Shown: positions 1 to 10,425, numbered from the stretch's first letter. The stretch: 45,545 bases of DNA from Pseudomonadota bacterium (GCA_023391905.1 JAEWAD010000382.1:1-45545); one strand, 5' to 3'. Notes: generated from the letters alone by a model not told the origin. Numbers and translations are program-made.

Positions 1-31
1 GTGCCACGCGGCACCGCCTCCGCCGGTTCAC

Positions 32-1162
32 TCAGAGAACGGCCTCGATCGCCGCGACATCGACCGCCTTGTAGTCGTCCGAAAGCTGGAACGCGTCCGC
101 ATCGGCCTTGACCTTGGCATGGTCGAAATCATTCGCAGCCGGGATCAGCTGGTTGGACGTGACGTCCTCCGCCTTGAACACCTTCGACACCTGGCCGATC
201 TCGGCGATGGCGTCGAAGTAGTTCTGCCAGCTCTCCGGATCGTGGAAGCCCCAGGCCTTGCGATTGTCCCAGTTCGCCCGCATCAGCGCGGTCTGCTGCA
301 TCAGCGATTCCGTCGCCACCGTCGGGTTCATCTGGCTGGCGAGACCCGGGAACTGCTCCATGGTGATCTGCGTCGCGGCGCGCGGGTTCTGCCATGCGAA
401 TTCGAGGCCCATGGCCCAACCGCGCAGATACTTCTCATAGGCCGCGACCTTGGCCGGATCGGCGAGATCGGCCTTGCGGATGATGAAGGAGTTGGCCGGG
501 AATTTGGAGACGTTCTTGCCGAGCAGGTAGTCGAAATCGAGCCCCTGCCCGCGCCACTGGGCGCGCAGGCCCTCCCACGACAGCGCGGCGTCCGCCTGCC
601 CCTGCGCCAGCGCCTGGCCCCAGGCGCTGACCTCGACATACTTGACCTTGCTGGTGTCAACGCCGGCCGCGGCCAGCATCGGATTGGTGATCGCCTGCCA
701 GCCGGCCGAGCCGAGCGCGATGGTCTTGCCTTCCAGGCCCTTCAGGTCCGCAGGCGCCTTGCCCTTCGGGAAGGCGAAGTCGAACACGTCACCGGCCATC
801 ACGTGATAGATCGAGACGAGATCCATGCCCTGCTCGAGGCCAAGCGACAGGATGCCGGGAGACGGATAGCCGAAGTCCGACTGGTTCTGGTCGACGAGCT
901 TGACCGTCGCGGTGCCGTCCTGCGGGCCGGCTTCGATCGTCGTCTCCAGGTCGCCGAAATAGCCGTACTTCTTCGCGATCCAGTAGGCGAAGTCGTCGAC
1001 AACCTCGAGCGTGCCGCGCGGCGACACCCAGCGCACCGTGATCTCCTCCTCGGCGAGCGCCGAGCCGGCGGCGCCGATGCCGAGCGCCGAGATCGAAATA
1101 CCGGCCGCCGTCACCTGAAGCAGGCGGCGACGACTGATCGTCATATTCGAAATATTCGTCAT
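32..1162 (-). CDS. ABC transporter substrate-binding protein, SsuA/THI5 (NMT1)-like, Tat-exported
   Basis: Twin-arginine signal (SRRRLLQ...ALA); KKYGYF and DLKGLEGKTIALG motifs typical of NitT/TauT binding proteins; GAGGG RBS before ATG at 1162. Confidence 0.85.
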   Translation of the reverse strand: MTNISNMTISRRRLLQVTAAGISISALGIGAAGSALAEEEITVRWVSPRGTLEVVDDFAYWIAKKYGYFGDLETTIEAGPQDGTATVKLVDQNQSDFGYPSPGILSLGLEQGMDLVSIYHVMAGDVFDFAFPKGKAPADLKGLEGKTIALGSAGWQAITNPMLAAAGVDTSKVKYVEVSAWGQALAQGQADAALSWEGLRAQWRGQGLDFDYLLGKNVSKFPANSFIIRKADLADPAKVAAYEKYLRGWAMGLEFAWQNPRAATQITMEQFPGLASQMNPTVATESLMQQTALMRANWDNRKAWGFHDPESWQNYFDAIAEIGQVSKVFKAEDVTSNQLIPAANDFDHAKVKADADAFQLSDDYKAVDVAAIEAVL

Positions 1163-1198
1163 TGCAGTTCCCTCGTTTCTGTCAGGCAACGGCCGGTG

Positions 1199-2050
1199 TC
1201 AGGCTTCCCAATTGGCCCATTTCTTTCCGACCCAGAAGAAGAAGACGTAGATCGAGATACCAATGATCGCGAGTAGCGTGATGACCGCGAAGAATTGCGG
1301 CATGCGGATCATCGACGAGTAGTAGTTGAGGCGGTTGCCGAGACCTTCGGCGCCGCCCACCATCTCGGCGCCGACCGTCGTCAGCAGGCCGAAGATCGAA
1401 CCGACCATGAGGCCGACGATGATCATCGGCATGGCCATCGGAATGCGGATCTTCGTGAAGATCTGGAAGGTCGACGCGCCGAAGGAGCGGGCCAGCGCGA
1501 TCTTGGCGAGATCGACGCGCCGGAAACCGGTCGCCGAATTGATCATCACCATCGGTCCGGACGCGAGCGCCACGGCGATGATGCGCGGCTCCCAGCCGAA
1601 GCCGAAGCGCAGCACCAGGAGCGGCACGAGCGCCAGCATCGGCGTCGTCACCAGCAGCAGGATGTAGGGCGTGACGATCTTCTCGACGAAGGGAAACTGG
1701 GTGATCACCGCGGCAAGGACGAAGCCGATCGAGGCGCCGATCGAGAAGCCGATCAGCAATTCGCAGATAGTGACGATCAGGTGCGGCCAGATGAACGGCC
1801 ATTCCGTGATCAGCGCCATGCCGATCTGGCTCGGCTTGGGCATGATGTATTGCGGCACGTTGAAGACGCCGAGCAGGATCTCGGCGCCGCCGATAATGAC
1901 GACGGCAACGAGTATGATGACGAAGGTCTCGAACGCGCTGCGGCCACCGCCCGAGGCAAGGGCGGAGAAACCGCCGGTCAGGCCGGACCCGCCCCCGCTC
2001 TCCTGCTTGGCGCCGAACGTCGGAATCTGGTCGCGAAGTTGACTGTCCAC
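1199..2050 (-). CDS. ABC transporter permease (NitT/TauT/SsuC family)
   Basis: Multiple hydrophobic helices; EAA-like loop LARSFGASTFQIFTKIRIP; GLG motif; lies between the ATPase and binding-protein genes. Confidence 0.9.
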   Translation of the reverse strand: MDSQLRDQIPTFGAKQESGGGSGLTGGFSALASGGGRSAFETFVIILVAVVIIGGAEILLGVFNVPQYIMPKPSQIGMALITEWPFIWPHLIVTICELLIGFSIGASIGFVLAAVITQFPFVEKIVTPYILLLVTTPMLALVPLLVLRFGFGWEPRIIAVALASGPMVMINSATGFRRVDLAKIALARSFGASTFQIFTKIRIPMAMPMIIVGLMVGSIFGLLTTVGAEMVGGAEGLGNRLNYYSSMIRMPQFFAVITLLAIIGISIYVFFFWVGKKWANWEA

Positions 2051-2080
2051 GTGAGCTATCCTTGAACTTTGTCGCGACCG

Positions 2081-2917
2081 TCAGGGCCTGCGGTGATCGA
2101 TCATCGCCTTGATGGCATTGACGCGTTCGATGAACTCCGGCGTCGACTGCAGATCGACGCCTCGCGGGCGCGGCAGGTCGACGTCGACGATCTCCTGGAT
2201 GCGCCCCGGCCGGGCCGACATCACGACGATCCGGTCGGCGAGGAATAGCGCCTCGACGATCGAGTGGGTGATGAAGATGATCGTCTTCTTCGTCTCCATC
2301 CAGATTTCCTGGATGAGCAGGTTCATCTCGTCGCGCGTGAAGGCGTCGAGCGCGCCGAACGGCTCGTCCATCAGCAGCACCGAAGGATTGACGGCGAGAC
2401 TGCGCACGATAGATGCGCGTTGCTGCATGCCACCGGAGAGCTCGCGCGGCATCTTGGTCTCGAACCCCTTGAGCCCGACCCGCTCCAGCAAGGCCCTGAT
2501 CCGCGCCGTGTCGGGCGGAACCTTCTTCAGCTCGAAGGGAAGCGCGATGTTCTTTTCGAGATTGCGCCAGGGCAGCAGGTTCGCCTCCTGGAAGATCATG
2601 GCGATCTCCGGATGCGGCTTGAGGATCGGTTCCTGACCGAGGCGGATGCACCCGCCGCTCAACCCATGCAGGCCCGCCATCGACCACAGCAAGGTCGACT
2701 TGCCGCAGCCCGACGGCCCGAGGATGCAAAGGAACTCGCCCTCGCGTACCTCCAGCGAAACATTGTCGAGTGCGTGCACGACGCCACTGCGAGCCTGGTA
2801 GAACTTGCTCGCCCCCTCGACGACCATCTTGGTCGCCATCTTCGATGCATCGCCACGCGATGAATCGAGAGCCCCGTTAGCGTTCACGCCAGCGCCCTCC
2901 ATCTTCCCCGATGCCAC
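2081..2917 (-). CDS. ABC transporter ATP-binding protein (NitT/TauT family)
   Basis: Walker A GPSGCGKST, LSGGMQQR signature, LLMDEPFGALD, C-terminal LPRPR; start uncertain (GTG 2917 or ATG 2902). Confidence 0.92.
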   Translation of the reverse strand: MASGKMEGAGVNANGALDSSRGDASKMATKMVVEGASKFYQARSGVVHALDNVSLEVREGEFLCILGPSGCGKSTLLWSMAGLHGLSGGCIRLGQEPILKPHPEIAMIFQEANLLPWRNLEKNIALPFELKKVPPDTARIRALLERVGLKGFETKMPRELSGGMQQRASIVRSLAVNPSVLLMDEPFGALDAFTRDEMNLLIQEIWMETKKTIIFITHSIVEALFLADRIVVMSARPGRIQEIVDVDLPRPRGVDLQSTPEFIERVNAIKAMIDHRRP

Positions 2918-2978
2918 GCCGGCCCTTGAGGCGCATCCGCAGCTTGTTCCCCAACCGCCTTTAGCGACGGCTCATTCC

Positions 2979-2993
2979 TGAAAGCATGTTACA
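2979..2993. promoter_or_regulatory. Candidate RpiR/HexR-type operator (TGAAA-N5-TTACA)
   Basis: TGAAAGCATGTTACA, one mismatch to the palindrome TGTAA-N5-TTACA, in the divergent ABC/RpiR promoter region. Confidence 0.45.
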
Positions 2994-3165
2994 CAATCGA
3001 ACCTGACGCAAGGGCAAAACAGCATCCAGCCAGGAATTTACCAAACTCTTCTAAGTGTCTGTTTCGAAATGAATAAATTGTATTCGTATGAGGAATTCCG
3101 GCTGACGATCTTCTATTTTCGGCGCCGGAACGACCGCCTGTTCGCTTGCCGCATTCCAAGATTCG

Positions 3166-3180
3166 TGTAATTCACTTACG
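3166..3180. promoter_or_regulatory. Candidate RpiR/HexR-type operator (TGTAA-N5-TTACG)
   Basis: TGTAATTCACTTACG, second copy of the same palindrome about 70 nt upstream of the RpiR start. Confidence 0.5.
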
Positions 3181-3250
3181 TCAGGAGCCGCAACAATCCG
3201 CGTTCGGGATCATCGCGAGCCTCGCAGATCGGGCCAGGAACTTGAACGAA

Positions 3251-4186
3251 ATGACCAAGCGCAGCCCCTCGCAGACGAACGCCGCCATCGACATCGTCTC
3301 GCGCATCGAGCGGGTCGAGGGAGATCTGTCCCCCGCGGAGCGCCGGGTCGCCGAAATCGTCCGGCAGGATTTCGAGGCCGCCACCCGACTGACGATTTCG
3401 GAGCTCTCGTCCAAAGCGGGCGTGAGCCAGCCGACCGTGACACGGTTCTGCCGCTCGGTGGGCTGCTCTTCGTTCAACGAATTCAAACTGGGCCTGGCGA
3501 CCACCCTGACGGTCGCCGCCGTCTATCTGCGGTCCGATCGCGTCTTCAGCGACGACGTCGGCCAGCTGGCGCAGACGATCATGATGCGCGCCGCGACGAC
3601 GGTGCGCGAGACGCTGGACCAGCTGGACACGGTCGCGGTCGGGACGGCGATCGACGCCTTCGCCAAGGCGCGGCGCATCGACATCTATGGGCAGGGCGGC
3701 GGCTCGGCCGCGCTCGCCGACGACGCCAAGCTTCGCCTGTTCCGGCTCGGAATTCCCGTCTCCGCCTATGCCGACAGCCACCAGATGCGGATGTCGGCAG
3801 CCACGCTGCAGCCTGGCGACGCTGTCTTCGCCATTTCCAACAGCGGCCGGTCGCGCGCCGTCATCGAGGCCGTCGAGATCGCCGGCTCCTTCGGGGCCAC
3901 CACCGTGGCCCTCACGCGACCCGACACGCCGCTGGCCGAGGCAGCGCAGGTCTTGATCCCGAGCTCCATCGCGGAGGACGAGAACGTCCTACTGCCGACG
4001 CCGTCGCGCTACGCCCATATGGCGGTGATCGATACGATCGCGGCCGGTGTGGCCGTAAAGCTCGGCAGCAAGGGGCGGGAGGCCCTGCGTCGCGTCCGCT
4101 ACACGGTCGCGAGCATCGGCATCGCCATCCCCACCCCTTCGACCGATCCGGGCCCGCTGACCCGGACCTCAAAGCAGCGGGAGTAG
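3251..4186 (+). CDS. MurR/RpiR family transcriptional regulator (HTH + SIS domain)
   Basis: LSPAERRVAE, GVSQPTVTRFCRSVG..F.EFK HTH; SIS motif FAISNSGRS; ATG at 3251 preferred over the upstream TTG. Confidence 0.92.
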   Translation: MTKRSPSQTNAAIDIVSRIERVEGDLSPAERRVAEIVRQDFEAATRLTISELSSKAGVSQPTVTRFCRSVGCSSFNEFKLGLATTLTVAAVYLRSDRVFSDDVGQLAQTIMMRAATTVRETLDQLDTVAVGTAIDAFAKARRIDIYGQGGGSAALADDAKLRLFRLGIPVSAYADSHQMRMSAATLQPGDAVFAISNSGRSRAVIEAVEIAGSFGATTVALTRPDTPLAEAAQVLIPSSIAEDENVLLPTPSRYAHMAVIDTIAAGVAVKLGSKGREALRRVRYTVASIGIAIPTPSTDPGPLTRTSKQRE

Positions 4187-4228
4187 CGCCCCCCCCCCGC
4201 ACGCGGGTGACGGCGAACCGCGCAGGCG

Positions 4229-4708
4229 TCAACCGAGGATCAGGGGCTCGGCCTGCACCTGGCGCAGCAAATCGCCCAGCCCCGCATCGGAGACCAGATC
4301 GATCGCTTCCGACAAGCCGCACCAGCGGCGCTTGCGCGCGTCGCGCTCGCGCCACTGCAGCAGCGTGCCTCGAACCCGCAACCCGAACATCGTCACGCGG
4401 CAATCGATCGTCGACTGGTCACGCAGGATCTTGTCGTAGCTGTACGAGCCAAACGGGTCCGAGCTGACGTCGCCGAACACGCCGGCCTCCTCGAAGGCCT
4501 CTTGCGCGGCACTGTCGGCCGCGGTCCGGCCCTCGACGATCCAGCCCTTGGGGCAGAGCCAGCGGCCACGCTCGCGCGAGGTGACGAGAAGAATGCGCAC
4601 CTCTCCGCTGCGATTCCGTCGCCACGGCAGGGCGCCGTACTGCTGATAGGTGTCACTCGCCTCGACAAAGCGGTGCCGCGAGGGGCGCTCCAGGATCAAC
4701 TCATCCAT
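4229..4708 (-). CDS. Nudix hydrolase
   Basis: ILLVTSR..GRW..PKG and a Nudix-box-like AAQEAFEEAGV; AAGGAG RBS before ATG at 4708. Confidence 0.88.
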   Translation of the reverse strand: MDELILERPSRHRFVEASDTYQQYGALPWRRNRSGEVRILLVTSRERGRWLCPKGWIVEGRTAADSAAQEAFEEAGVFGDVSSDPFGSYSYDKILRDQSTIDCRVTMFGLRVRGTLLQWRERDARKRRWCGLSEAIDLVSDAGLGDLLRQVQAEPLILG

Positions 4709-5079
4709 CGGCGCGCTCCTTCGCCCGCCATAGATGGCGCGCAACACCGCGCGCGGGTGCGACCCGCCCATGCTCCGACGAAACAAAAGAGGCCCTCGGC
4801 AATTGAGGCTCTCGAGATCCCGGCGTTGAGAAAGAAAATGCAACAAACATCGAAAGCTCCGGTGACGTGCCAATACGAGACACGATCATCTGCCTGCAAA
4901 TCCAGGATCGAGGGAGCCGGAGTGGAAAGAACTGTGCAGACCTCAGTTCACATTTAATCCACCTCCGGAAAAAACGCGCGTTTTTCCGGAGCACCTTGAG
5001 CCCAAGGGGTAAGTCATTCTAGCCATGGACATCTTCATAGCGCATGATTCTGACTGAATTAAGATGGATCTTAGGAAAC

Positions 5080-5095
5080 TGTGAAGTCGGTCACA
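5080..5095. promoter_or_regulatory. Crp/Fnr-family-type palindrome TGTGA-N6-TCACA
   Basis: TGTGAAGTCGGTCACA is an exact match to the CRP consensus, in an AT-richer intergenic stretch. Confidence 0.45.
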
Positions 5096-5408
5096 AGCTG
5101 TCATGACTTGAAATCCGGACAGCGGATGAAGTTGACCAGCCGGCAAGCTCGCCTGGAAAGAAGAGCACAAGGTCTCCCAGGGCCCGGAAATCGGCCGACC
5201 AAGGTAAAATCATCGTCCTTACGCGTTGATCCGACCAGGTCGCGATGGCGCGAACACTGACTGCGCAGGGGAGAGTTGGTGGATCCGGCGTCCACTAAGC
5301 GGCCCGGAGCGCTCGCTGGACGGGCCAAGCGAATCCGCTTCCGCACCAAGCCACAACAAGTCCAGCGCTGTCGCGCTGGCCGGCTATTCATCGATGGAAA
5401 TAAGTGAG

Positions 5409-5485
5409 TGGTCGGAACGGCAGGATTTGAACCTGCGACCCCTTGTCCCCCAGACAAGTGCGCTACCAGGCTGCGCTACGCTCCG
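5409..5485 (-). tRNA. tRNA-Pro (anticodon GGG)
   Basis: Reverse complement CGGAGCGTAGCGCAGCCTGGTAGCGCACTTGTCTGGGGGACAAGGGGTCGCAGGTTCAAATCCTGCCGTTCCGACCA: cloverleaf, GGTTCAAATCC T-arm, encoded CCA. Confidence 0.97.
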
Positions 5486-5668
5486 TCACCAGCGGAAAAT
5501 CCGCATTTCTTCCCAGAGACTTGGCTCTGGCGTGGCCTTGGCCACGCGGTACCGATGGGGGTCGGCAACCGATGCGCCGCTGTTAGCATGGTTCGATCGC
5601 GCTTGTCACCGGCAATTTGCTAACGGCGCTGAACCGCGCGCTCATTTCGGTGGATTGCTCAGAACACC

Positions 5669-6514
5669 CTAGCGCACGTTATCGAGGATGCGCTTGCATT
5701 CGAGCAATTCCATCAACGTGGCACGAAGCTGCTCGCGATCCGAACTCGACAGCATCTGCCCGCCCCGCTCGACCGAAGACGACCTTGTCGTTTCCGCCGG
5801 CTGGCGCGGCTGCGCTGCGGGAACGTAGCCGGACAGATCGTCGGCCGGCTCGGCGTCGGGCTGGAAATGCGGCGTGGCGGGCGGCGCCTGCCACGACCGC
5901 GCGGGTGCTGCCTCCGGCCTCGGGCGATAGTCGTCGGCCGAGGTCTCGAGATCAGGCGGCGCGACCGGAATGCGCGAGGGCCCATTGGGCGGATCGACGC
6001 GACCATCCGGATAGTGGCGAGGCTGACGCTCGACAGCGGCCCGAACCGATGCCTCGAGGTCATCGTCGGATGGGTCCGGAGGCGCGCCGAAGCTCGGCTC
6101 GCGCCGGCCACCGATACCGACCTCGCCATGCGGCGGATCGTCGAAATCCTCGCTCGCATCCGGCAGGTCGAAACCCTGATCCTGGAGAATATCGTCGCCG
6201 TAATCCTCGGCCTCGTCGCCTTCCGGCGCCGGATCCAGGCCAATGCCCTGGCCCGCCCCGATGACGTGCCGCGCGCCCTGTTCCTTCAGGATGCGCTGGA
6301 CACCCTTGATCGTGTAGCCCTCGCCATAGAGAAGGCGCCGGATACCGCGCAGAAGGTCGACATCGTCGGGCCGGTAGTAGCGCCGACCGCCGCCGCGCTT
6401 CATCGGCTTGATCTGCGTGAACCGCGTTTCCCAGAACCGCAGGACGTGCTGTGGCAGGTCGAGTTCCTCGGCCACCTCACTGATCGTCCGGAAGGCATCA
6501 GGACCCTTGGACAT
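5669..6514 (-). CDS. MerR family transcriptional regulator
   Basis: [30 protein letters not shown] MerR HTH; conserved position after ihfA; long acidic/Pro-rich linker. Confidence 0.9.
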   Translation of the reverse strand: MSKGPDAFRTISEVAEELDLPQHVLRFWETRFTQIKPMKRGGGRRYYRPDDVDLLRGIRRLLYGEGYTIKGVQRILKEQGARHVIGAGQGIGLDPAPEGDEAEDYGDDILQDQGFDLPDASEDFDDPPHGEVGIGGRREPSFGAPPDPSDDDLEASVRAAVERQPRHYPDGRVDPPNGPSRIPVAPPDLETSADDYRPRPEAAPARSWQAPPATPHFQPDAEPADDLSGYVPAAQPRQPAETTRSSSVERGGQMLSSSDREQLRATLMELLECKRILDNVR

Positions 6515-6556
6515 CAATTCTCACGCTTTGACGCTCGCCTCGGTCGGCTGTGGCGG

Positions 6557-6886
6557 TCACTCGTCCTCGGATGTGTCGTGACCGTTGGGAACGAGCGAGC
6601 CATTGATCCTCTGCTTGAGGACATTGCTGGGCTTGAAAACCATCACGCGACGCGGCGCGATGGGAACCTCTTCACCCGTCTTGGGATTGCGCCCTACCCG
6701 CTCCCCCTTGGAGCGGACCAGGAACGATCCGAACGACGACAGTTTGACAGATTCGCCCCGGACAATGCACGCACTGATCTCGTCGAGAACCAGTTCGACC
6801 AGATCCGCGGACTCCGTCCGCGAAAGACCCACCTTTTGATAAACCGCCTCACAAAGGTCGGCACGCGTCACCGTCTTGCCTGACAT
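6557..6886 (-). CDS. ihfA: Integration host factor subunit alpha
   Basis: [38 protein letters not shown]. Confidence 0.95.
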   Translation of the reverse strand: MSGKTVTRADLCEAVYQKVGLSRTESADLVELVLDEISACIVRGESVKLSSFGSFLVRSKGERVGRNPKTGEEVPIAPRRVMVFKPSNVLKQRINGSLVPNGHDTSEDE

Positions 6887-7007
6887 GGTCTCGTTTCCCG
6901 ATGTTCTGCTTGGCGACCAACGACATTTCCCCGCCGGCAAGCCTATTGCCAGAGCGGTGACCGGTCAACGTCCTTGATCCTAAGATGCGGGTATCTCTGG
7001 TTTATTC

Positions 7008-7985
7008 CTACCAGCGCAGCAGAACGGAGCCCCAGGTGAAGCCGCCACCCATGGCTTCGAGCAGCACCAGATCACCGCGCTTGATGCGCCCGTCGTCGCG
7101 CGCGACGGAAAGCGCCAGCGGAATCGAGGCGGCGGACGTGTTTCCGTGCGCCGATACGGTGCGAACCACCTTGTCGCTTTCAATGCCGAGCTTCTTGGCA
7201 CTGCCGTCGATGATGCGCAGGTTCGCCTGGTGCGGCACGAACCAATCGACGTCCGCGGCCTCGTAACCCGTGGCGCGGAACGCATCCTCGATCACGTCGG
7301 TGATCATGCCGACGGCATGCTTGAAGACCTCGCGACCCTCCATGCGCAGGTGGCCGACAGTGCCCGTCGAGGACGGACCGCCATCGACATAGAGCTTTTC
7401 GCGATGCCGGCCATCCGAGCGCAGATGCGTCGTCAGCACGCCGCGATCCTCGCGCGTGCCGTCCTGGACGGATGCACCGAGAATGACCGCGCCGGCACCG
7501 TCGCCGAAGAGCACGCAGGTGGTGCGGTCGCTCCAGTCGAGGATGCGCGAGAAAGTCTCCGCGCCGATGACGAGGATGCGCTTCGCCTGGCTCGCCCGGA
7601 TGAAGGCATCGGCCGTCGACAGCGCGAAGACGAAGCCCGAGCAGACCGCCTGCATGTCGAAGGCGGCGCCATGCTCCATGCCGAGCTTGCGCTGCACCGT
7701 GACGGCCGTCGCCGGGAAGGTATCGTCCGGCGTCGCGGTGGCGACGATGATCATGTCGATCTCGCCGACGGTCAGCCCCGCGTCAGCGAGAGCTTCCTTC
7801 GCCGCGGCGGTCGCCAGATCGGACGTCAGCTCACCTTGGGCCGCGATGTGACGCTCCCGAATGCCCGTCCGCTGGACGATCCAGTCGTCCGAGGTCTCGA
7901 CCATCTCCGACAGCTGGGCATTGGTCAGGGTCTTCTCGGGCAGGTAGCTGCCGCAGCCAAGGACGACCGAACGGATGAAACTCAC
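7008..7985 (-). CDS. fabH: Beta-ketoacyl-ACP synthase III
   Basis: AVCSGF catalytic Cys, [25 protein letters not shown]. Confidence 0.96.
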   Translation of the reverse strand: MSFIRSVVLGCGSYLPEKTLTNAQLSEMVETSDDWIVQRTGIRERHIAAQGELTSDLATAAAKEALADAGLTVGEIDMIIVATATPDDTFPATAVTVQRKLGMEHGAAFDMQAVCSGFVFALSTADAFIRASQAKRILVIGAETFSRILDWSDRTTCVLFGDGAGAVILGASVQDGTREDRGVLTTHLRSDGRHREKLYVDGGPSSTGTVGHLRMEGREVFKHAVGMITDVIEDAFRATGYEAADVDWFVPHQANLRIIDGSAKKLGIESDKVVRTVSAHGNTSAASIPLALSVARDDGRIKRGDLVLLEAMGGGFTWGSVLLRW

Positions 7986-9052
7986 ATCACACCTTCATCG
8001 ACGATCTCGGCGACACTCCGCGCAAAGCCAGCGCGGTGATAGTCGGCGAGATCCTGATTGATCTTCGACAGGAAGTCGTTCTTGGCCATGCTGTAGCCGA
8101 CTTCGATGGCATTGGCGAAGCCGACACCGTCGGTTCCGCCATGGCTCTTGATCACAATGCCGTTCAGTCCGAGCAGGACCGCGCCGTTCGAGGCGCGCGG
8201 ATCGAGCTTCTGGCGAAGCTGCTGGAAGGCGCCCTTGGCGAACAGGTAGCCGATCTTGCCCATCAGCGTGCGGCTCATCGCGTCGCGCAGATGGCTGGAG
8301 ATCTGGCGTGCCGTGCCCTCGGCCGTCTTCAGCGCGATGTTGCCGGCGAACGCCTCGGTGACAACCACGTCGACCGTGCCCTTGCCGATATCGTCGCCCT
8401 CGACGAAGCCCATGTAGCGCAGGTGCTTGAGATCGGCCTCGCGCAGGAGCTGGCCCGCGACGCGGACCTCCTCGAGGCCCTTCATCTCCTCGACGCCGAT
8501 ATTGAGCAGGCCGACGGTCGGCTTCTCGATATCGAGGATGGCGCGAGCCATCGCGCCGCCCATCATGGCGAAATCGATAAGCTGCTGCGCATCGGCGTTG
8601 ATGGTGGCGCCGACATCGAGAACGATGCTCTCGCCGCGCAAGGTCGGCCAGATCGCCGACAGGGCCGGACGCTCGATTCCGGCCATGGTGCGCAGGCAGA
8701 ACTTCGACATCGCCATCAGCGCGCCGGTGTTGCCGGCCGAGAGCGCGGCATCGGCCTCGCCCTTCTTGACCGCCTCGAGGGCGCGCCACATCGACGATTT
8801 CCAGCGGCCCTTGCGCAGAGCCTGGCTGGGCTTGTCATCCATCTGGACGGTCACGTCGCAATGCGTGAAGGTCGAGACGGCCTTGACCCTTGGATAGGAT
8901 TCGAGGAGCGGCAGAACCGCCTTCTCCTCGCCGAAAAGCTGGTAGCGCAGCTCGGGACGACGGACGAGTGCGATGTCCGCCCCCGCGAGCACTGTCGCGG
9001 GGCCGTTATCGCCGCCCATCGCGTCGATCGCTATCTTTATCGCTTGAACCAT
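7982..9052 (-). CDS. plsX: Phosphate acyltransferase PlsX
   Basis: [32 protein letters not shown]; overlaps fabH. Confidence 0.96.
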   Translation of the reverse strand: MVQAIKIAIDAMGGDNGPATVLAGADIALVRRPELRYQLFGEEKAVLPLLESYPRVKAVSTFTHCDVTVQMDDKPSQALRKGRWKSSMWRALEAVKKGEADAALSAGNTGALMAMSKFCLRTMAGIERPALSAIWPTLRGESIVLDVGATINADAQQLIDFAMMGGAMARAILDIEKPTVGLLNIGVEEMKGLEEVRVAGQLLREADLKHLRYMGFVEGDDIGKGTVDVVVTEAFAGNIALKTAEGTARQISSHLRDAMSRTLMGKIGYLFAKGAFQQLRQKLDPRASNGAVLLGLNGIVIKSHGGTDGVGFANAIEVGYSMAKNDFLSKINQDLADYHRAGFARSVAEIVDEGVM

Positions 9053-9179
9053 TCCGCCCCTGTTCGACGCGGCCGCTCAGAGCGAAGGCCCGGCGACGAC
9101 GGCGCTGGAAAATAACTATACCGGCCGGTGAGGCAACACTCTTTCAATGACCATGTGGCCGATTCATGGCCCTTCGCTA

Positions 9180-9719
9180 TCATTTGTCGCGCAGTTTAGA
9201 AAGCGCGGCAAATGGCGAGGTCGGTTTATCAACGTCCTCTTCGGCCAATCCGTCGAGGGTGGCGCCCGGCGCCCGCGGATAGGGATCGAGCGCCAGCGCG
9301 AACTGCTCCGTCAGCAGGGCGCCGAGGTCGATGACGCCGCCCTCGAGCGGCTCCGGCGGGTCCTCTTCGTCGTAAACGACGATCACTTCCGCCTCGGCGA
9401 CGGTCTTCGGATCCGCGGCGATGACATCCGCCGGCAGAAAGCTCAGCGAGAAGCGATGATCCATGTGCGACGGGACAGGCTGGAGCGTGACCACGCAGGC
9501 CTGCACGACATCGGCCTTCAGCCGGCCATCGACCTTCACGCCGTGCTGGCCCCAGGGCGCAATGGTGAGATCGGCCTCGAAGCTCGTCAAATCCAGAAGG
9601 TCGAATTCCTGCTTGAGCGACTGCAGCTCGGCTGCATCGGCCGTGACATGCCGGTTCTGGGCGGTGCTGCCGAGGTGGGATACGTCAAAGCTGCGGGTGA
9701 AGGTTTCTTGGGTCATCAT
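9180..9719 (-). CDS. DUF177/YceD family protein
   Basis: VVQACVVTL.P and IDLG..EQFALALDPYPR..SPFAAL motifs; position upstream of plsX. Confidence 0.88.
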   Translation of the reverse strand: MMTQETFTRSFDVSHLGSTAQNRHVTADAAELQSLKQEFDLLDLTSFEADLTIAPWGQHGVKVDGRLKADVVQACVVTLQPVPSHMDHRFSLSFLPADVIAADPKTVAEAEVIVVYDEEDPPEPLEGGVIDLGALLTEQFALALDPYPRAPGATLDGLAEEDVDKPTSPFAALSKLRDK

Positions 9720-10267
9720 GCTGCCGCGGGCGAGGAAGGAAGTTTCGAATAAGCGAGTTCGGCGGAGAGGATCTCGTCGAGCGACTGCGCGGCGAGCGAC
9801 GCGACGGATGATTCGGCGTAGAGCGCGAGCTGCTCCGCCGCGCCTTCCGGCGCACCGTCGGGAAACACGTTGCGCTCGATCGCCGCAACGAGCGCGGCGT
9901 GATCGCCGGCCGTCAGCGCCTCGTCATAGGCACGAACGCGACCGAAGAACACTTCGGCCATCTTCTTGAGCTTCTTCGGGACCGTCAGGTCGCCGACGCC
10001 CATCTCGCGCAGCGTGCCGTCCATGTCCTTCAGGAAGATGTCGAACACCGCCTGGCCGATCGCGCGATTCTGTTCCGTCTCCGTCTTCAGGCGATGGAAA
10101 AGCAGGAATCCGTGCAGCACGATCATGTCGTAGCGGCCGTCAAGCGTGTCGGAAACGCCGAACTCCGTGTAGAGCGCGGGCTGCCTCGCCTGCGCCACGA
10201 TGGCGCCGTAAAGCGAATATGCTATGGCCTCGTTCCTGCGGTTTCGATTGAACAGGCGGCGGAACAT
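9716..10267 (-). CDS. Ubiquinol-cytochrome c chaperone (Cbp3-like)
   Basis: LY..IVAQARQP.LY..GV.DT.DGR.DM, DMD.TLREMGVGD; ATG at 10267. Confidence 0.88.
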   Translation of the reverse strand: MFRRLFNRNRRNEAIAYSLYGAIVAQARQPALYTEFGVSDTLDGRYDMIVLHGFLLFHRLKTETEQNRAIGQAVFDIFLKDMDGTLREMGVGDLTVPKKLKKMAEVFFGRVRAYDEALTAGDHAALVAAIERNVFPDGAPEGAAEQLALYAESSVASLAAQSLDEILSAELAYSKLPSSPAAA

Positions 10268-10425
10268 TCGACCGGTCTCCAGATAGGGTTGGTCAGCGTG
10301 GGCACGCAGGCAGCAGTGCTCCTGCCTGAAATGGTGCCGCTTGCTGTCCGTGCAAGGACGATTGCCACGAGCCCTAGCGCAGGCTAGGGAGATTGCCAAC
10401 CCAGTGACTGGGCGAGGAGAATGGA

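Noticed and set aside
4189..4198. C10 homopolymer as a phase-variation tract
   Set aside because: Lies after the RpiR stop between convergent genes, so slippage would not alter a frame or promoter
5101..5672. ORFs 5101-5457, 5226-5672 and 5408-5623
   Set aside because: They overlap the tRNA-Pro gene and are translations of tRNA sequence
9053..9179. Missing rpmF between yceD and plsX
   Set aside because: No L32 ORF here, but rpmF being elsewhere is normal for this lineage
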